64,000 bases of DNA from a virus (lineage: Duplodnaviria > Caudoviricetes): IMG/VR virus record IMGVR_UViG_2907208306_000002, positions 32,001 through 96,000 of that record. One strand, written 5' to 3'. Shown piece by piece: positions 41,778 through 54,596 of this stretch. Positions within the stretch are counted from its first letter, which is position 1, and every line of letters begins with the position of its first letter. The position numbers and the translations under genes are program-made. The notes beneath the pieces were generated by a model. It saw nothing but the letters and a program-made list of their open reading frames with translations, did not search any database and was not told the DNA's origin.

Positions 41778-41869
41778 ACATTAAGCCCCTTTATTATTTT
41801 ATATAACTATTATCGGATTTGGTTTACTGTTTATGAAACTGATAATTCATCAAGAAAGGAGGGTTCCCA

Positions 41870-42505
41870 TCGAAAATCTGTTCAACTTGTAACCGGTCAA
41901 AGGAAGAAAGTGAATTTTATTCAAGAACACAGTCTACTAAAAAACGTGGAGAGTTTATTTATATTTATCCAGAATGCAAAGAATGCACTAAGAAACGAAG
42001 TAGGAAATGGTCAATTAATAATAGAGACAGAGTCCGTAAAAGTGGAAATAAGCACAATACAAAATTGGACAGAAAACTAGATATGAGAAAGAACAATCAA
42101 AAATACAGAGAAAGCGGAGGCTATCGTTCTTGGTTAAACAGCAACAAAGATAAGATTCAAAAGTATCATGATGCAAAGTTAATGCACCGTACTCATAACA
42201 TTACTGATGAAGAATGGAAGAAGTGCAAGGAATACTTTAATAATTCATGTGCCTATTGCGGACTACATATTGATGACCACTATAGAAAAATAAGAGGTAT
42301 CAACAAGAAGATTGATCTTCACAAGGAACACGTTGATCATAGTGGGGCGAATGACATAACTAATTGTATTCCTTCGTGCTTAAACTGCAATAGTCAAAAA
42401 TGGGTTTTCGAACTAGAAGATTGGTATAACGTATCAAATGAAAATTATACATATGAAAGACTTAATAAAATTTATAAATGGTTAAGGAAAGTAAGTTCTT
42501 GTTGA
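41870..42505 (+). CDS. HNH endonuclease (N-terminal Zn finger); canonical start apparently lost
   Basis: The frame extends upstream of 42065 as KICSTCNRSK...YPECKEC; CAYCG...KEHVD...NCIPSCLNCNSQK; the codon after the RBS is TCG. Confidence 0.75.
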   Translation, partial: SKICSTCNRSKEESEFYSRTQSTKKRGEFIYIYPECKECTKKRSRKWSINNRDRVRKSGNKHNTKLDRKLDMRKNNQKYRESGGYRSWLNSNKDKIQKYHDAKLMHRTHNITDEEWKKCKEYFNNSCAYCGLHIDDHYRKIRGINKKIDLHKEHVDHSGANDITNCIPSCLNCNSQKWVFELEDWYNVSNENYTYERLNKIYKWLRKVSSC

Positions 42506-43049
42506 AATCAGCATTTCATGAAAAGGGGGTGTCGGAAGGCTATGACGACTAAGAAAAGTAATCACAAGCATGAGTATGAAATGATTGAAATCAAAGAGGA
42601 TGGTTGGTTTACTCATGAAATGACATGTAAGATTTGTGGTCATGTAGGCAATCGTTACAGGATTGGACTGGATAAAGTGATGAAATGAAACTTTTATAAG
42701 GAGGTATAATTTGAAAAAGTGTGATGATTACTGTATTGCTATTTGTGATTATTGTACTCATTTTAAATGGTTCAACAGGGAGTCAGATGATGAGTTTGAT
42801 GGCAAATGTGAAATTGATAATCTAAAAAAGTATGCGATGGATTCTTGTAATGTCTGATTAGAGCATACAGAATGCAACTACTATAAGGAAGTGATAAATA
42901 TAGATGAATGTTAAATGCTCCAAGTGCAGCGAAGAGGTATTTGAATCTGGATCAATCAGCAGATGCTTGAGATGTGGTAAGCCAACGGAAAGAGAAGTTC
43001 CAGGTATAGAGTATTATGAAAATAAATATAAAGTAAAGGATGATGAAAA

Positions 43050-44185
43050 ATGAGTCTGACAGCAGCTGAACGCGAAGCAGTCCTTACATACGATGAAGAA
43101 ACTGATATGTACCATATTTTCTGTAGTTCCAGTAAAGAGCAGACACGTATGAGAAAAGCCGGATTTGAGCCCTATAAGACAGATAGTGACGGATCGAGCT
43201 ATTATAAAGTTGAACGTAAACAGATTTCATTTAAATCTAAAGGCAAGAAACGCGAGTGGACAGAGGAGCAACGCAGAGCGGCCGCTGAACGATTGGCAAA
43301 GGCAAGACAAAGTAAGTAAAAATACATAGGAGTGATTCAATGGATTTGTTTTTTGCACGTTTGAAAGAATATATGATTAACAATGATTCGTTTGAGGAAA
43401 TTGATCGTGTGGGATATTATCATACGCTTGAGCAACAGAAAGAAAATCTGCATGAATTACTTAGTGATTGTAATACATATGATTTCTCGTTTGAGTTTGA
43501 TAGAACCGGTGATGTCGACAGTTATTACTCTCCAGGTAAAATAATCATTAACCTGTATGACAAAAGTAAAATCGACGATTCGTACGCAGATTGGGAAAGA
43601 CAATTAAATCACTTTTATACCGTTGATTTTGGTATTGAAGAGCGTTATTGGGGATATTGCACGTGCCAAGACACAGATGAAGGATTTAACTATGTTCATC
43701 GATGCTGCGGAAACGGATGTGATTGGGTCGCGCCAAAATTAAGCGTTACAAAGCATCAAGTATTAACCCATGGAAGTTTTAATGGCATAGAAAGAGATTT
43801 ATGGAAGCTACAAGAGCAATGGACTGATAACCAAGAGGAAAGCGATAAGAGAGAGAAGGAAGCACAAATTAAATATATTCAAGATCAGATTGATACATTA
43901 AACAAGAAGAAAGAAGCTTTATTGTAAATACATATACATAAGTTTGCATGAAATGAGAATTTGATTTGAAAGGATTGTCGAGTGAACATTCAAAGCAAAG
44001 TTAATGAAATTGCACTAAAACAAATGAAGGATGGATGGTCAAAACTTGAGGATAAAGACAAAGAGTACCTAATTAATCTAATCATGAGTATCGAGAACGA
44101 GAATGTGAAGGCTTTTGTTCGGCAAGTTCATGTACTGATGAGTATAGTTGAGACAGAATGGAATGTGGGAGGCGGTCTCCAATAG
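43050..44185 (+). CDS. Three hypothetical genes (43050-43319, 43340-43927, 43982-44185)
   Basis: ORFs with RBS. Confidence 0.65.
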
Positions 44186-44733
44186 CAAAAACAGAGCTCA
44201 CCCAAAAGATTGAGAAGAATTTATATGAATATACAAATAAACAAGGGACATTTGGCTGTTTTGAAGTGACAATAGGTTGGTTTGGATCAGAACGAGTTGA
44301 CTACATTACTTATGACACCAAGGGGACTTGGCGCTGCTACGAAATTAAGGTGTCCAAGTCGGATTTCTACAGCTCCGCTAAAAAAACATTCATTGGACAC
44401 TTTAATTACTTCGTGATGCCGAAGGAATTATATGAACAAGTAAAAGATGACATACCCTCTCATGTAGGCGTAATTACAGACGGGAAATATTCTATAAAGA
44501 AAGCAAAACGACAAGAATTAAGCATTGACGAAAAGATACTTAAAGACTCACTTATTCGCTCCTTATCGAGAGATGCAGACAAACTTTATAAAAGCAATGA
44601 TCCAGAAAAGTTAAATCGAATGAATAGACGTATTACTAAAGCAGAAAACGAGCGTAATGAATGGAGAGACAAGTATCACAAGCTAATGAATATTGGCTAT
44701 GCAAAGTATGGTGTTGGCTGGCATAGGGAGTAA
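44158..44733 (+). CDS. PD-(D/E)xK nuclease-like protein (MmcB-like)
   Basis: EVTIG...ERVDYI...CYEIKVSKSDF...NYFVMP. Confidence 0.7.
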   Translation: MECGRRSPIAKTELTQKIEKNLYEYTNKQGTFGCFEVTIGWFGSERVDYITYDTKGTWRCYEIKVSKSDFYSSAKKTFIGHFNYFVMPKELYEQVKDDIPSHVGVITDGKYSIKKAKRQELSIDEKILKDSLIRSLSRDADKLYKSNDPEKLNRMNRRITKAENERNEWRDKYHKLMNIGYAKYGVGWHRE

Positions 44734-44767
44734 ATAATATCGTGATTTTATAAAGAAAGGGGTATCA

Positions 44768-45760
44768 ATGGCAAATTTACAAGATGAGAGAGTTACCTTT
44801 TGTTCTGCTTGTTTCGCTACTAATGAAAATGGATCAAGCACTCCAAATGGATGGTCAGTTAGGGACGTAGAGGATTTTGGAGTCAACTGCTATTGCATGA
44901 ACTGTTCTGGCCATGGTGAGATTGTGATTATGTCACGTAGAGCCGCAGATGCTATACGACATAACGCATCCTGGGTAGGGAAGAGGTTTTATCCTTGTGA
45001 TGAAGATAGAGACTAAGAAAATAAATTAATAATTTTGAAGAGGAGGTTGTTAGGTGGAACGACTGAAGACAATGCCATTTGATTCTCTTGAATGCTTAGA
45101 GGGCATTATAAGCCGCCTTGAAGGATTGATTAAGGCCTGTGATGGACGGAAAATGGATGAACGATTAGCAAGAGAATTTAGTGGGATGATACATGAACTC
45201 AAGCTTGTAAAAATGTACTTAACCATAGAGACTTGTGAACGTGATGAACCAGATTGGTATTAATGGGAGGGAGAGAGGGAGTGATTCATTTTTTACTAGA
45301 TGTAATTGGTGTTGTTGTTCTTTACTTAGTTATTAGTCTTATTTGGATGGCTGCCGAGAAATTGATTTATGGCCAAATTACCCCGAGATTTATTGATGAT
45401 GTTGTAGCTTTGGTTTTAGCTGTATCACTGTACTTTAATTTTAAGTAAAAATAAGAATGTATTAATGAAATAGAAATTTGATCAAGAAAGGATGAACATA
45501 TGTACGCTACTTATGAGCAAGAAAAAGCAAAAATTGATTTTCGGTTGATCTTCAATGATGAGCCAAACAACTATAGATTCACTAATACAGAACATTTGAA
45601 ACTTGTTAATAAGTATGGCTTATATTGCGGAGATGTTAGCAAAGCAATTCGGTTGTCTGAACTACACACCCAAATTCAATTAGAAGCTGCTACTTGTGGA
45701 ATTGATTTAGACGACAATTCATTAATCAAGTTGATTGGCGACAATTATTACGGTGGTTAA
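44768..45760 (+). CDS. Small hypothetical genes (44768-45016, 45054-45263, 45254-45448, 45500-45760)
   Basis: Short ORFs with RBS. Confidence 0.6.
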
Positions 45761-46448
45761 CCCAAGTCTGAGGAAGGAGGATGATGTGTTATTGAAACAA
45801 TGTTCAACCTGTGGTTTAGAAAAAGAATTGAGTGAGTTCTATTCACGAATAGCCTACAGTAAAAAACGAGGTGAGTATCTATATTATTACCCTGAGTGTA
45901 AAAAGTGTACTTCCAAAAGAGCAGATACCTGGCAAAAGAATAATCCAGAAAGACACAAGAAAAGTAGAATGCGTTATGACAACAAAGAACATCGGAAGAA
46001 ACTTCACTATCAGTATAACAAAAAAAGAATCAATAACGGAAAGCATAGAGAATACATGAGAAAAAATCCTGATAAAGTGAAGATGTATTGGAATAAACAT
46101 AGAAAACATAATATTAGCGATTTGCAGTGGATTGAATGTAAGAATTATTTTGCAAATGAAAAGAAAGAATGGTGTTGTGCATATTGCGGTTTGTTACACA
46201 AAGCGCACTTTAAAAGGAGATTAGATAAGAATATTCCACAAGATCTTCACAAAGAACATGTTGACGATAGGGGTGCGAATGATCTAAGTAATTGTATCCC
46301 AGCCTGTCAGAGCTGCAATTCGAGTAAAAAACAAAGTAATATGCTTGATTGGTATAAAAAAAGACCTTACTTTAGTGTTGATAGATTGAGAAAAATTGAA
46401 GGATGGCTTGCAAAGGATTATAAAAAATACATAGAGGACAAAGATTAG
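45735..46448 (+). CDS. HNH endonuclease, paralog of 41870-42505 (true start probably about 45786-45792)
   Basis: KQCSTCG...YPECKKC; CAYCG...KEHVDD...NCIPACQSCNSSK. Confidence 0.85.
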   Translation: MATIITVVNPSLRKEDDVLLKQCSTCGLEKELSEFYSRIAYSKKRGEYLYYYPECKKCTSKRADTWQKNNPERHKKSRMRYDNKEHRKKLHYQYNKKRINNGKHREYMRKNPDKVKMYWNKHRKHNISDLQWIECKNYFANEKKEWCCAYCGLLHKAHFKRRLDKNIPQDLHKEHVDDRGANDLSNCIPACQSCNSSKKQSNMLDWYKKRPYFSVDRLRKIEGWLAKDYKKYIEDKD

Positions 46449-46459
46449 GAGGATGATGA

Positions 46460-47815
46460 GTGAATTGTAACAATACGCACTGTTTATGGAACGCATTTGA
46501 CCAGTGTTGTCCGGAGAGCGAAGAACTATATAATGCAGCTACACCAGACCGATTAGATTGCCCTTCATCCATGAGGAAAGATCACCAAGAATCCATGTAT
46601 CAAATTATGGATGAAGTTGATGAAATGATGATGAAGAGAAATTTTAGAGAGTTGATTCAAATACATAAATTCGTTAAAGAGCAGAGGAAATAAGTATGGG
46701 GCAGAACTGGCTAGAAGATTACATGAAGTTTAAGGGCATTACGCCTTTTGGTATTGTTATGTATCCATTCGTAGCAGCAATTGTAGGAGTTCTATTAACG
46801 TTCATGTACATACTAAAAATAACTTATTGGATTCAGAAGAAATTTTAAAAAAAGAAGTTAAAATGTAAATTTTATCGGAAAGGATTTGAGGAGTATCGAG
46901 AAATTATTTAAGGTCGAACTGCCGCTCAACGATCTGTTAAAGTTGGATGGGAATGTGCCCGAGACAATCCAGAAAGTCATTGATGAAGCAAAAAAGGAGT
47001 CATCGTATGGCTTTGAGTTGCCGGTTATGAATGAGATTCTTAAGCAGTCTGAGAATAATGGAAAATTAACTTGGACAAATAAACAAATAACTTCATGCGA
47101 ATTTTGCGATAAAAAGCGCGACTATTACAGATACCCACGCAGCAGCAGGTATCACAGCAAAGGCAACAAGAACTTTGATAAGCCGATTTATTACTCAGGA
47201 ATCAAGTTCAACGAAGGCTTTGTAACCTTAAAAGGCTATGGAGATATGTGTTCTGAATGCTGCAGTAAGCATAAAGTTAAAGAACGTCTTATCGATTACA
47301 TAATTGAGCACGATCTTAAAATCCAAGTCATGAAGAATGACTATAAGCCAGGAAGATATCTCAGAGACGATATTCGTATTTGCTATGATTGTGGCGAGGA
47401 AATGCTTGAATCTCAAATGAGTAAAGAGATGACATTGATGGGGAACGGATATTATCCTTCGGGCTGTCCTAAGTGTGGAGCCAAGTCTTTACCATTCGGT
47501 AAGAGTCATAAAACAACTAGCAAATTCGGATATATTCATAATCCTGAGTCGCTTGAAGAAGTGGTGGAAATGAAGAAGTTGGTTGATGAATATAATAAAG
47601 GTAAACAGGAAGAAGAGAAGTTTTGGTTTAATCAAAGTTCGAATTCAATAAGTTCTTTCTTTGTAAAAGAGAAGAAATGGTCAAACGGTAATAGAGAGGT
47701 TATTCAGTTTGGGACTAGTAGCAAAAAGTTTACAGTGGGGTATTTTTATAAAGACAAATGTGATGAATTTACGGAAGTTCTATTAAAACACGGATATATA
47801 GAAAATCAGAATTAA
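46460..47815 (+). CDS. Hypothetical genes (46460-46693; Cys-rich 46886-47815)
   Basis: ORFs with multiple CxxC motifs. Confidence 0.65.
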
Positions 47816-47860
47816 GGTGAAACATAACTTTTATTAAAATATATGGGAGAGATTAATTAA

Positions 47861-48367
47861 ATGAAACTGTATGAACTTACAGGCATGTATAAGAAATTCA
47901 ATGATTTCGCCAATGATGAACTCGAAAATGATGTAACCGAAGACGAGATTCAGGCACTAATTGATAACCTGGAGGCCATTGACGATCTAATTGAAAACAA
48001 ATGCGAGAACACTGCTAAACTAATGAAGAATATTGAATCAGATATCAAAGCTCTAAAGGAAGAGGAAGAACGGTTATCTAAGAGACGAAAAGCCCTGCAG
48101 AACAGATACGATGGTATTAAAGGGTACATGAAAGTAATGCTGGAATCTAGCGGTAAACAAAAAGTAAATGCTGGATTATTTAAGATTAGAATTCAAAAGA
48201 GCAATCCTTCTCTAGAAGTAATCGACCCAAAACTGATTCCTAATGCATATAAAATTCCTCAAGATCCTAAAATCGACTCAAAGAGTATTTTAGCTGCCGT
48301 GAAAAATGGAGAAAAAATCGATGGAGTTCGACTCGTAGAAGATAAACAGCATTTAGTTATTTCTTAA
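47861..48367 (+). CDS. Siphovirus Gp157-family protein
   Basis: MKLYELT...KALKEEEERLSKRRK...KIDSKSILAAVKNGEKIDGVRL. Confidence 0.85.
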   Translation: MKLYELTGMYKKFNDFANDELENDVTEDEIQALIDNLEAIDDLIENKCENTAKLMKNIESDIKALKEEEERLSKRRKALQNRYDGIKGYMKVMLESSGKQKVNAGLFKIRIQKSNPSLEVIDPKLIPNAYKIPQDPKIDSKSILAAVKNGEKIDGVRLVEDKQHLVIS

Positions 48368-48623
48368 TAAAATAAATATATACATATAATTATTTTGGTG
48401 GTATAATGACTTCAGTGGGGTTGTATACCACCATTTTTAATAAGGAGGGTTAAATACTGGAGAAAGTTGATTACACGGATGCAGAGAAGGAAGCGTTAGT
48501 GGATGCCATGCTTACAATGGTAAAAGGCAACCTAATGAAGTGTGATATCAATGACATATCGATTAATAGAAACGGTAATACATATAGTATTAATTTTAAA
48601 CATAGGGAAGGAGGTTGCCTTAA

Positions 48624-51600
48624 TTGAATCAGTTCAAGACATATATTCGTTTGATTCAAAATGATCAGTTTGACAATAAAACAGATATCCTTTTTACATA
48701 TCCAAGACACATGCCAACTCCAATGATTGGTGAGACGATTAATTATAAAGATGTCGATTATACGGTGACTCATAAGCGTAGTTTACCAGAATACAGTACC
48801 ATTGTAGTGTTTGTGCAGGAAGACGATATCCAATCGTGTTAAAAGAGTTCTTTTATTTAGAAATGGAGGATAAGATTAATGAATTTATTACAGGTTATTG
48901 AAGAAATGAATGTTGGAGATATTGCTTTCGCAAGTTTCGATTTCTTTGACTATTGGCATATTCTAAAAAGAGAAGATGGTGCAATAGTATATTGTGAAGC
49001 AGATGGTAAGCATCAGAATGAAATAGTTGGGCTCACGTACAGCAATCTTAACTCAAGTTATAGAATTCTGTAAGACAGGTTTATCTTACTGGAAGGAGAA
49101 TGGCATATGCTTAAACAGTTACACTCTTTAAGAGAAGGAGTATCGAATCTTATAAGATGGTTCCCAATAATCTGGCGCGATAGGGATTGGGACCAAGAGA
49201 ACTTATACAAAATCGTACATAAGAAATTGGAACACATGGAGGACTTCTTCAGAAGCGAAAACACTCATATTAAAGCAGCTAAAGAGGTTGCTGATGAAAT
49301 CAGAGAAGCAAAGGTTTTATTGGCTAACAAAATTAATACCGCTCATACGAATAAAGTTGATTATGATACTGATGAATTTATCAGCCTGAAGAATAATGAG
49401 TTCAACGTAGATAGAGAAAATAAAAACTATAAAGCATGGATGAAAGAAATGAGTGCAGCAGAAGAACAAGAAAGTAAAGATATGAAGGCAGCGTTTGAAA
49501 TCATCGGGAATAAATCTGAAAGCTGGTGGGACTGAAAACCCATAACTCAATTAGATGAAAGTTCTACTTAATTCAAAGGAGTTGTTATAGATTTTTCATA
49601 AATGGAAGCTAGTGTCTGATACTGGTAAGCATAGATATTATGAATGCTCTTCATGCAACGCTCGAAAGGTCTTGATTGCTCCTGAAGGTTATCAACCACT
49701 CGACAAACAATGGCTTAAAGGGAGAGAAGCGAAGATATTTTGCAGAAAATAATACGATGAAAGGCGCGTTTCATGGGGAATGGAGAGGAAAAATGATTAT
49801 TGAAGTAGGAAAATTACCTGATAGCGTTAAATCAATCATTCGGCAACAAACAACGGATTCTGAAGTGGATGTGTATTGGTCTAATGGTTGTAATGAAGAA
49901 GGAGAAGATTTTTATGAGCTTCAAGTAGAAAGTACTGATAATCAAATAACATATTTTTATAAGGAAGGTTGGGGAGAGATAAACGGTATTGAGGAAGCAT
50001 TGGAGGAATTGGAATGAGTTTAGACACATTCTACATAAGCAGCGTTCAACAAAAGAAAAAAGGACATATGACGGAATACGAAACTGTGCTTAATGAGGTA
50101 TTTGGTCGAGTAATTTCTTGGGAAGAGTTTAAAAACTCTGACCGCAAACTTCAAGCACGAGTAATGCTTAAACTTGATGAGGTAATTAAATTAAATGAAT
50201 CGCCCATTGACATCAAAAAGCTTGCATATGCCATTCAGCATTCCAGAAGTGGAGTGGGTGGATGCGCCATGACAGAGTTTGAGTGCAAGTTTTGCGGTAA
50301 AGAGGAACTATGGGGTAATACAAATACACCTGGAATCTGTAAAGACTGCGCTACTAATATGGCGAAAAATATTGCTAAATATAATTATAACATCTATAAG
50401 GAGGATATATGTTAAAAGAGTGGATACAAGCTAATTTAACAATATTTTCAGCTATTTTAATAATTAAGTTAATCTGTTGGGCAAACCCTGATTTGGATGA
50501 GCCATTTAATTATTGGTGGGGTATGTTAATACCCAATGTAGCATTTATATTAGTGTTAATTTTGAAACGATTCTTTAAGGAGGAATTTCACTGAATCAAA
50601 CAAATCCATATAAACTTGAAAAACTAGGTTTAATGCTAAAACTTAAATCACTGAATGGAGATCAATCACTTCTCAATGGGTTTATTGCTCGCGGAGGAGT
50701 TACAATAGGGGATTTAGAAAAGGCTTATGAAAGATTGGAATCAATAGATGATGACATTAAAAAATGGGATGCAATACATAAAGTAAACGAAATAAAAAAA
50801 CTATTCAACCAGGCCGACGAGGAAACGAAGAAGATAATGAAAATTGAACTTATGGAATTATGGAGGGTAGTTTACGATGGCCAAAATTGAGTATACTGGA
50901 CAACTTCCCATCCACAACAAAATACCTGAAAATCGCATTAAGCAAGGGGATTTTGTTTACTGCAGTGGTAGTAATGGCGTTTATGATTTTTGGGGATTGT
51001 ACAACGCAAGTAATAAAGCTGTGGTCGCATTGGATGGTGGAAGTACTGAATATGTTAGAGGTGAGGAATTGTATCTGTATGGTACATATAGTTATTGGAC
51101 TATTATCAAGCGTATTCCGTGCAATAAAGCTAACTTGGTTATTTCTGAGATTGAATGAAATGCGTGTTTGATAAAAATAATGGAGGAGATTAAATAAATG
51201 ATACATAGATATAGAGCGACAGTAATCAGAGAAGATGAATATATTATTGAGATCGATGACGAACAAATTGATAGGGAGTTTATGAAAGAGTACAAAGAGC
51301 ACATTGGAAATATTGAAACATTGGAAGGTCATGCAGAGAATTTAGCTTGGTATCGAATGATTCACGGAGAAGATTTCTATGAGGGATATGGTAATGTTCT
51401 ACACAATGGAAAATTATATGATTATTTACCTGGAGTCAAAGAGACTGGGATTAACATCAAAGTTGTTTCAGATGAAAATGTCGATGTCTTGGTAACTAAG
51501 ATGTAAGAGAGGAGGAATATAGCAGGTGACACAAGAAGAATTTAATGAACTTTACAAAGAACCAGTTGATTTATTTGAGGCACAAGCAGCGTTAAATAGA

Positions 51601-53169
51601 TTTATTAACGGGAAAGGTGTACTTAGAATCCCTGCAAGACCAGATGATGATGACATGTTGATCAGTAGAGCATTGAGTGAATTGAAAAAATTGAGAAACA
51701 GTACTATACAAGAAGAATAGGGGGATATTTTGGCTCGATTAAGCGCAGAAAGATTAAGATTACATATCAATAATATCATTACATGGACAGTTAATGAGAA
51801 TCCTATGTATGAGAATTTTACTATAAAGTTGACTATTCTTGGTCGCGAGACAGTTCCAGGTTTAAATGGGAGTCATGAGTTGGTTGATGGGAATATCGAA
51901 TACTTAATGGATACCATAAAAAAATCGCTTGAAGGATTTGAATATACAGAGTGTGAGTTCTTAGAGCCAGATTTCAAATTTGAAATTAAACGACATGAAG
52001 CATGGTATGATAACGGCTTTAAAATCCATCATCCTGTCAGTTTTGAGTTTATTGTTTGGGTGAATAGCGGTAGATGGAACGGTATATATTCGTGCACTGA
52101 ATTGGGACATAAATTTTGCATTGAAGAAAATTCTTTAATTAAGTTCTATGATGATTTGAAAAGCGAATGGGAGAATAGAAAGATTTTAGAATATTAAAAT
52201 ACATATTTTAAGGAGAGTTGTGGGAGACAAATGAATAAAATTATCGAGATTAGCAAAGAAACTTTCACGGAAATAGAAAGAGTCATTGACGAGTTTGAGT
52301 GTAATAAGCCACCAAGAAATTGGACATGGGGATTTACTATTGAAGGTGATGAAGAGACTGGATACGAACTATATGAAACACATTTAGAAAGTATCGTATA
52401 TCCAAATTATGATGTAGAAACCCATAAAGATATTATAGGTCGATTTATCGACAAAGGCAGCGCAGAGCTTTATGTTAAAGCATATAACTTACTCAAGGCT
52501 GTGATTGGTCAAGAGGATGAGATTGAATAATTGAGAATGAACACTTTAAGGAGAGAGAGTCAAGTGTTGAATAGTTGCGAGATACTTAAGAATGTAGAGT
52601 TTTTGAATGGAAAATTAATGATGAAATGGGTTTTTATGATGACGCAGTAGACACAAAATGCGAAGCGAGGAGGGAATAGCGTGAAGTACAAAGCAATTGT
52701 ATCAGCTCATATATGGCTAAACGGGGGTCATGAAGAAATCGAAATACTCTCCATGACACACAATGACGAAAAAGCAACTGGTATATTCGACGATATCGAC
52801 CACGCTCTACTTCATGAAATTGAAATCGGTGGCAGTCAGGACTATTACTTTATCGCCATTATAGAATCCAGATTTGTCGAGCATAGAACGTGGGAGGGCT
52901 CAGAGTGGGAGGTCGAACACGAAGTTCGAGAGATCAAATCCATTCAAGACATTGCTTCACAGTTCGAACAAAAAGCGAAATAAGGAGGAATTAAGTTGAA
53001 AATCCCATTCGGTAAACGCCCTATGTGTTCATGTGGAGTTAAAATGAAGCTTGTCGAGTACAAAGGATATTACGATGGATTTAAATATTGGTGTTGCGAA
53101 AACTGCAATTTAGAGAATGAACTAGATAAATATGAATCAGACGATAAGAAGTTTGGAGCATATGCTTAA
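48624..53169 (+). CDS. Array of about 14 small hypothetical genes (48624-48842, 48879-49073, 49107-49535, 49793-50017, 50014-50415, 50409-50594, 50633-50890, 50877-51158, 51198-51506, 51526-51720, 51730-52197, 52231-52530, 52681-52983, 52996-53169)
   Basis: Co-oriented ORFs with RBS, many separated by junction palindromes. Confidence 0.6.
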
Positions 53170-53286
53170 TATGTATTCCAAGCAAATTAGATAAAAGGAA
53201 TCTTTCATAAAAAACCTGATCGATAGTTTTTCGACATATTGATACAATTTCCCTCCTTAACAGTAATTAAATACCTCTTGCATAAA

Positions 53287-53326
53287 GAACGTCTGTTCGG
53301 TATATAATATATACAAACGGATGTTC
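53287..53326. promoter_or_regulatory. Two LexA boxes overlapping the promoter of the Y-family polymerase
   Basis: GAAC-GTCT-GTTC (53287) and AAAC-GGAT-GTTC (53315) around TTGCAT...TATAAT. Confidence 0.85.
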
Positions 53327-53333
53327 TTATTTT

Positions 53334-54596
53334 TTGGAGGAGATGAATAACATGGTAAAGAAACAGCGAACAGTTATGCTTATTGACATGCAGAGTTTCT
53401 ATGCCAGCGTTGAGAAGGCAAAAGTACCTGAATATAAAAATGAACCTTTGGTTGTTGCGGGAGATCCGTCAAGAAGATCTGGAATAATATTGGCTGCTTG
53501 TCCGATTGCAAAATCTTATGGGGTGGAAACGGGAGAAGTGCTGTGGCAAGCCTTACAGAAATGTCCAAATGCAATAGTGGTCAAACCACACATGCAGGAG
53601 TACATTGATGTTTCCTCTCAGATCACACAGATTGTGGAGACATTTACTGACCTAGTGGAATGTTATTCAATTGATGAAATGTTTGCTGATGTTACTGGAT
53701 CATTACATCTGTTTGGAAACAATCCAATTGAACTGGCAAAACAAATTCAGCAGAAAATTTTAAATGAAACCGGCATTTACGCGAGGGCTGGAGTGGCAGA
53801 AAATAAGATTCTAAGTAAATTATGCTGTGACATGATCGCAAAGAAGATAGATGGTGGAATTTATTATCTGCACAAGGATGAATTACATAATTACATATGG
53901 AAGCAGCCTGTCCGTAAAATGTGGGGTATTGGCTCCAGGATGGAGAAGCATCTTTATAAGATGGGCATTTTAACGATTGGCGATTTAGCGAATTACTCTC
54001 TGCCAAGACTTAGAAAAAAATGGGGAGTTAACGGTGAGGTTATATGGCGCGTAGCAAATGGTCTTGACGACTCTCCTGTAACTTTGACTACACATAACCG
54101 TCAGAGGGAAATTGGTAACGGAATGACCTTACCCCGAGACTATTCACAAGCCTGGGAAATTGAAGTTGTATTACTGGACATTAGTACTGAAGTCTGTCGT
54201 AGGGCAAGACAAAAAGGATACAACGGATCTGTTGTTTCAGTGAGTATTTCTGGTGCTGACTTTGACATTAGAACAGGTTTTCACAGACAAAAGAAATTGA
54301 CTGATCCAACCAATATCACTCAGGAAGTTTTCAATGCAGCCAAACAGATATTTCATCAACACTGGAATGGATTACCTATAAGAAGAGTAGGCGTTTCATT
54401 GTCTGATTTAAGCGATGCTAACACATATCAAATGTCTTTGTTTGACTACAATAAGGATCAATTAAGGGCAATAGATAAAGTTATGGATGACATTAAAGAC
54501 CGTTTCGGTGAAGTATCAATCCTTAGAGCAAGCTCATTAACCACAGCGGGTCAGGCAGTAGACAGAGCTGCTAAAATTGGAGGGCATTACAAATGA
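53334..54596 (+). CDS. uvrX: Y-family DNA polymerase (UvrX/YqjW-like)
   Basis: IDMQSFYASVE, YSIDE, MWGIG, C-terminal IGGHYK. Confidence 0.93.
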   Translation: MEEMNNMVKKQRTVMLIDMQSFYASVEKAKVPEYKNEPLVVAGDPSRRSGIILAACPIAKSYGVETGEVLWQALQKCPNAIVVKPHMQEYIDVSSQITQIVETFTDLVECYSIDEMFADVTGSLHLFGNNPIELAKQIQQKILNETGIYARAGVAENKILSKLCCDMIAKKIDGGIYYLHKDELHNYIWKQPVRKMWGIGSRMEKHLYKMGILTIGDLANYSLPRLRKKWGVNGEVIWRVANGLDDSPVTLTTHNRQREIGNGMTLPRDYSQAWEIEVVLLDISTEVCRRARQKGYNGSVVSVSISGADFDIRTGFHRQKKLTDPTNITQEVFNAAKQIFHQHWNGLPIRRVGVSLSDLSDANTYQMSLFDYNKDQLRAIDKVMDDIKDRFGEVSILRASSLTTAGQAVDRAAKIGGHYK

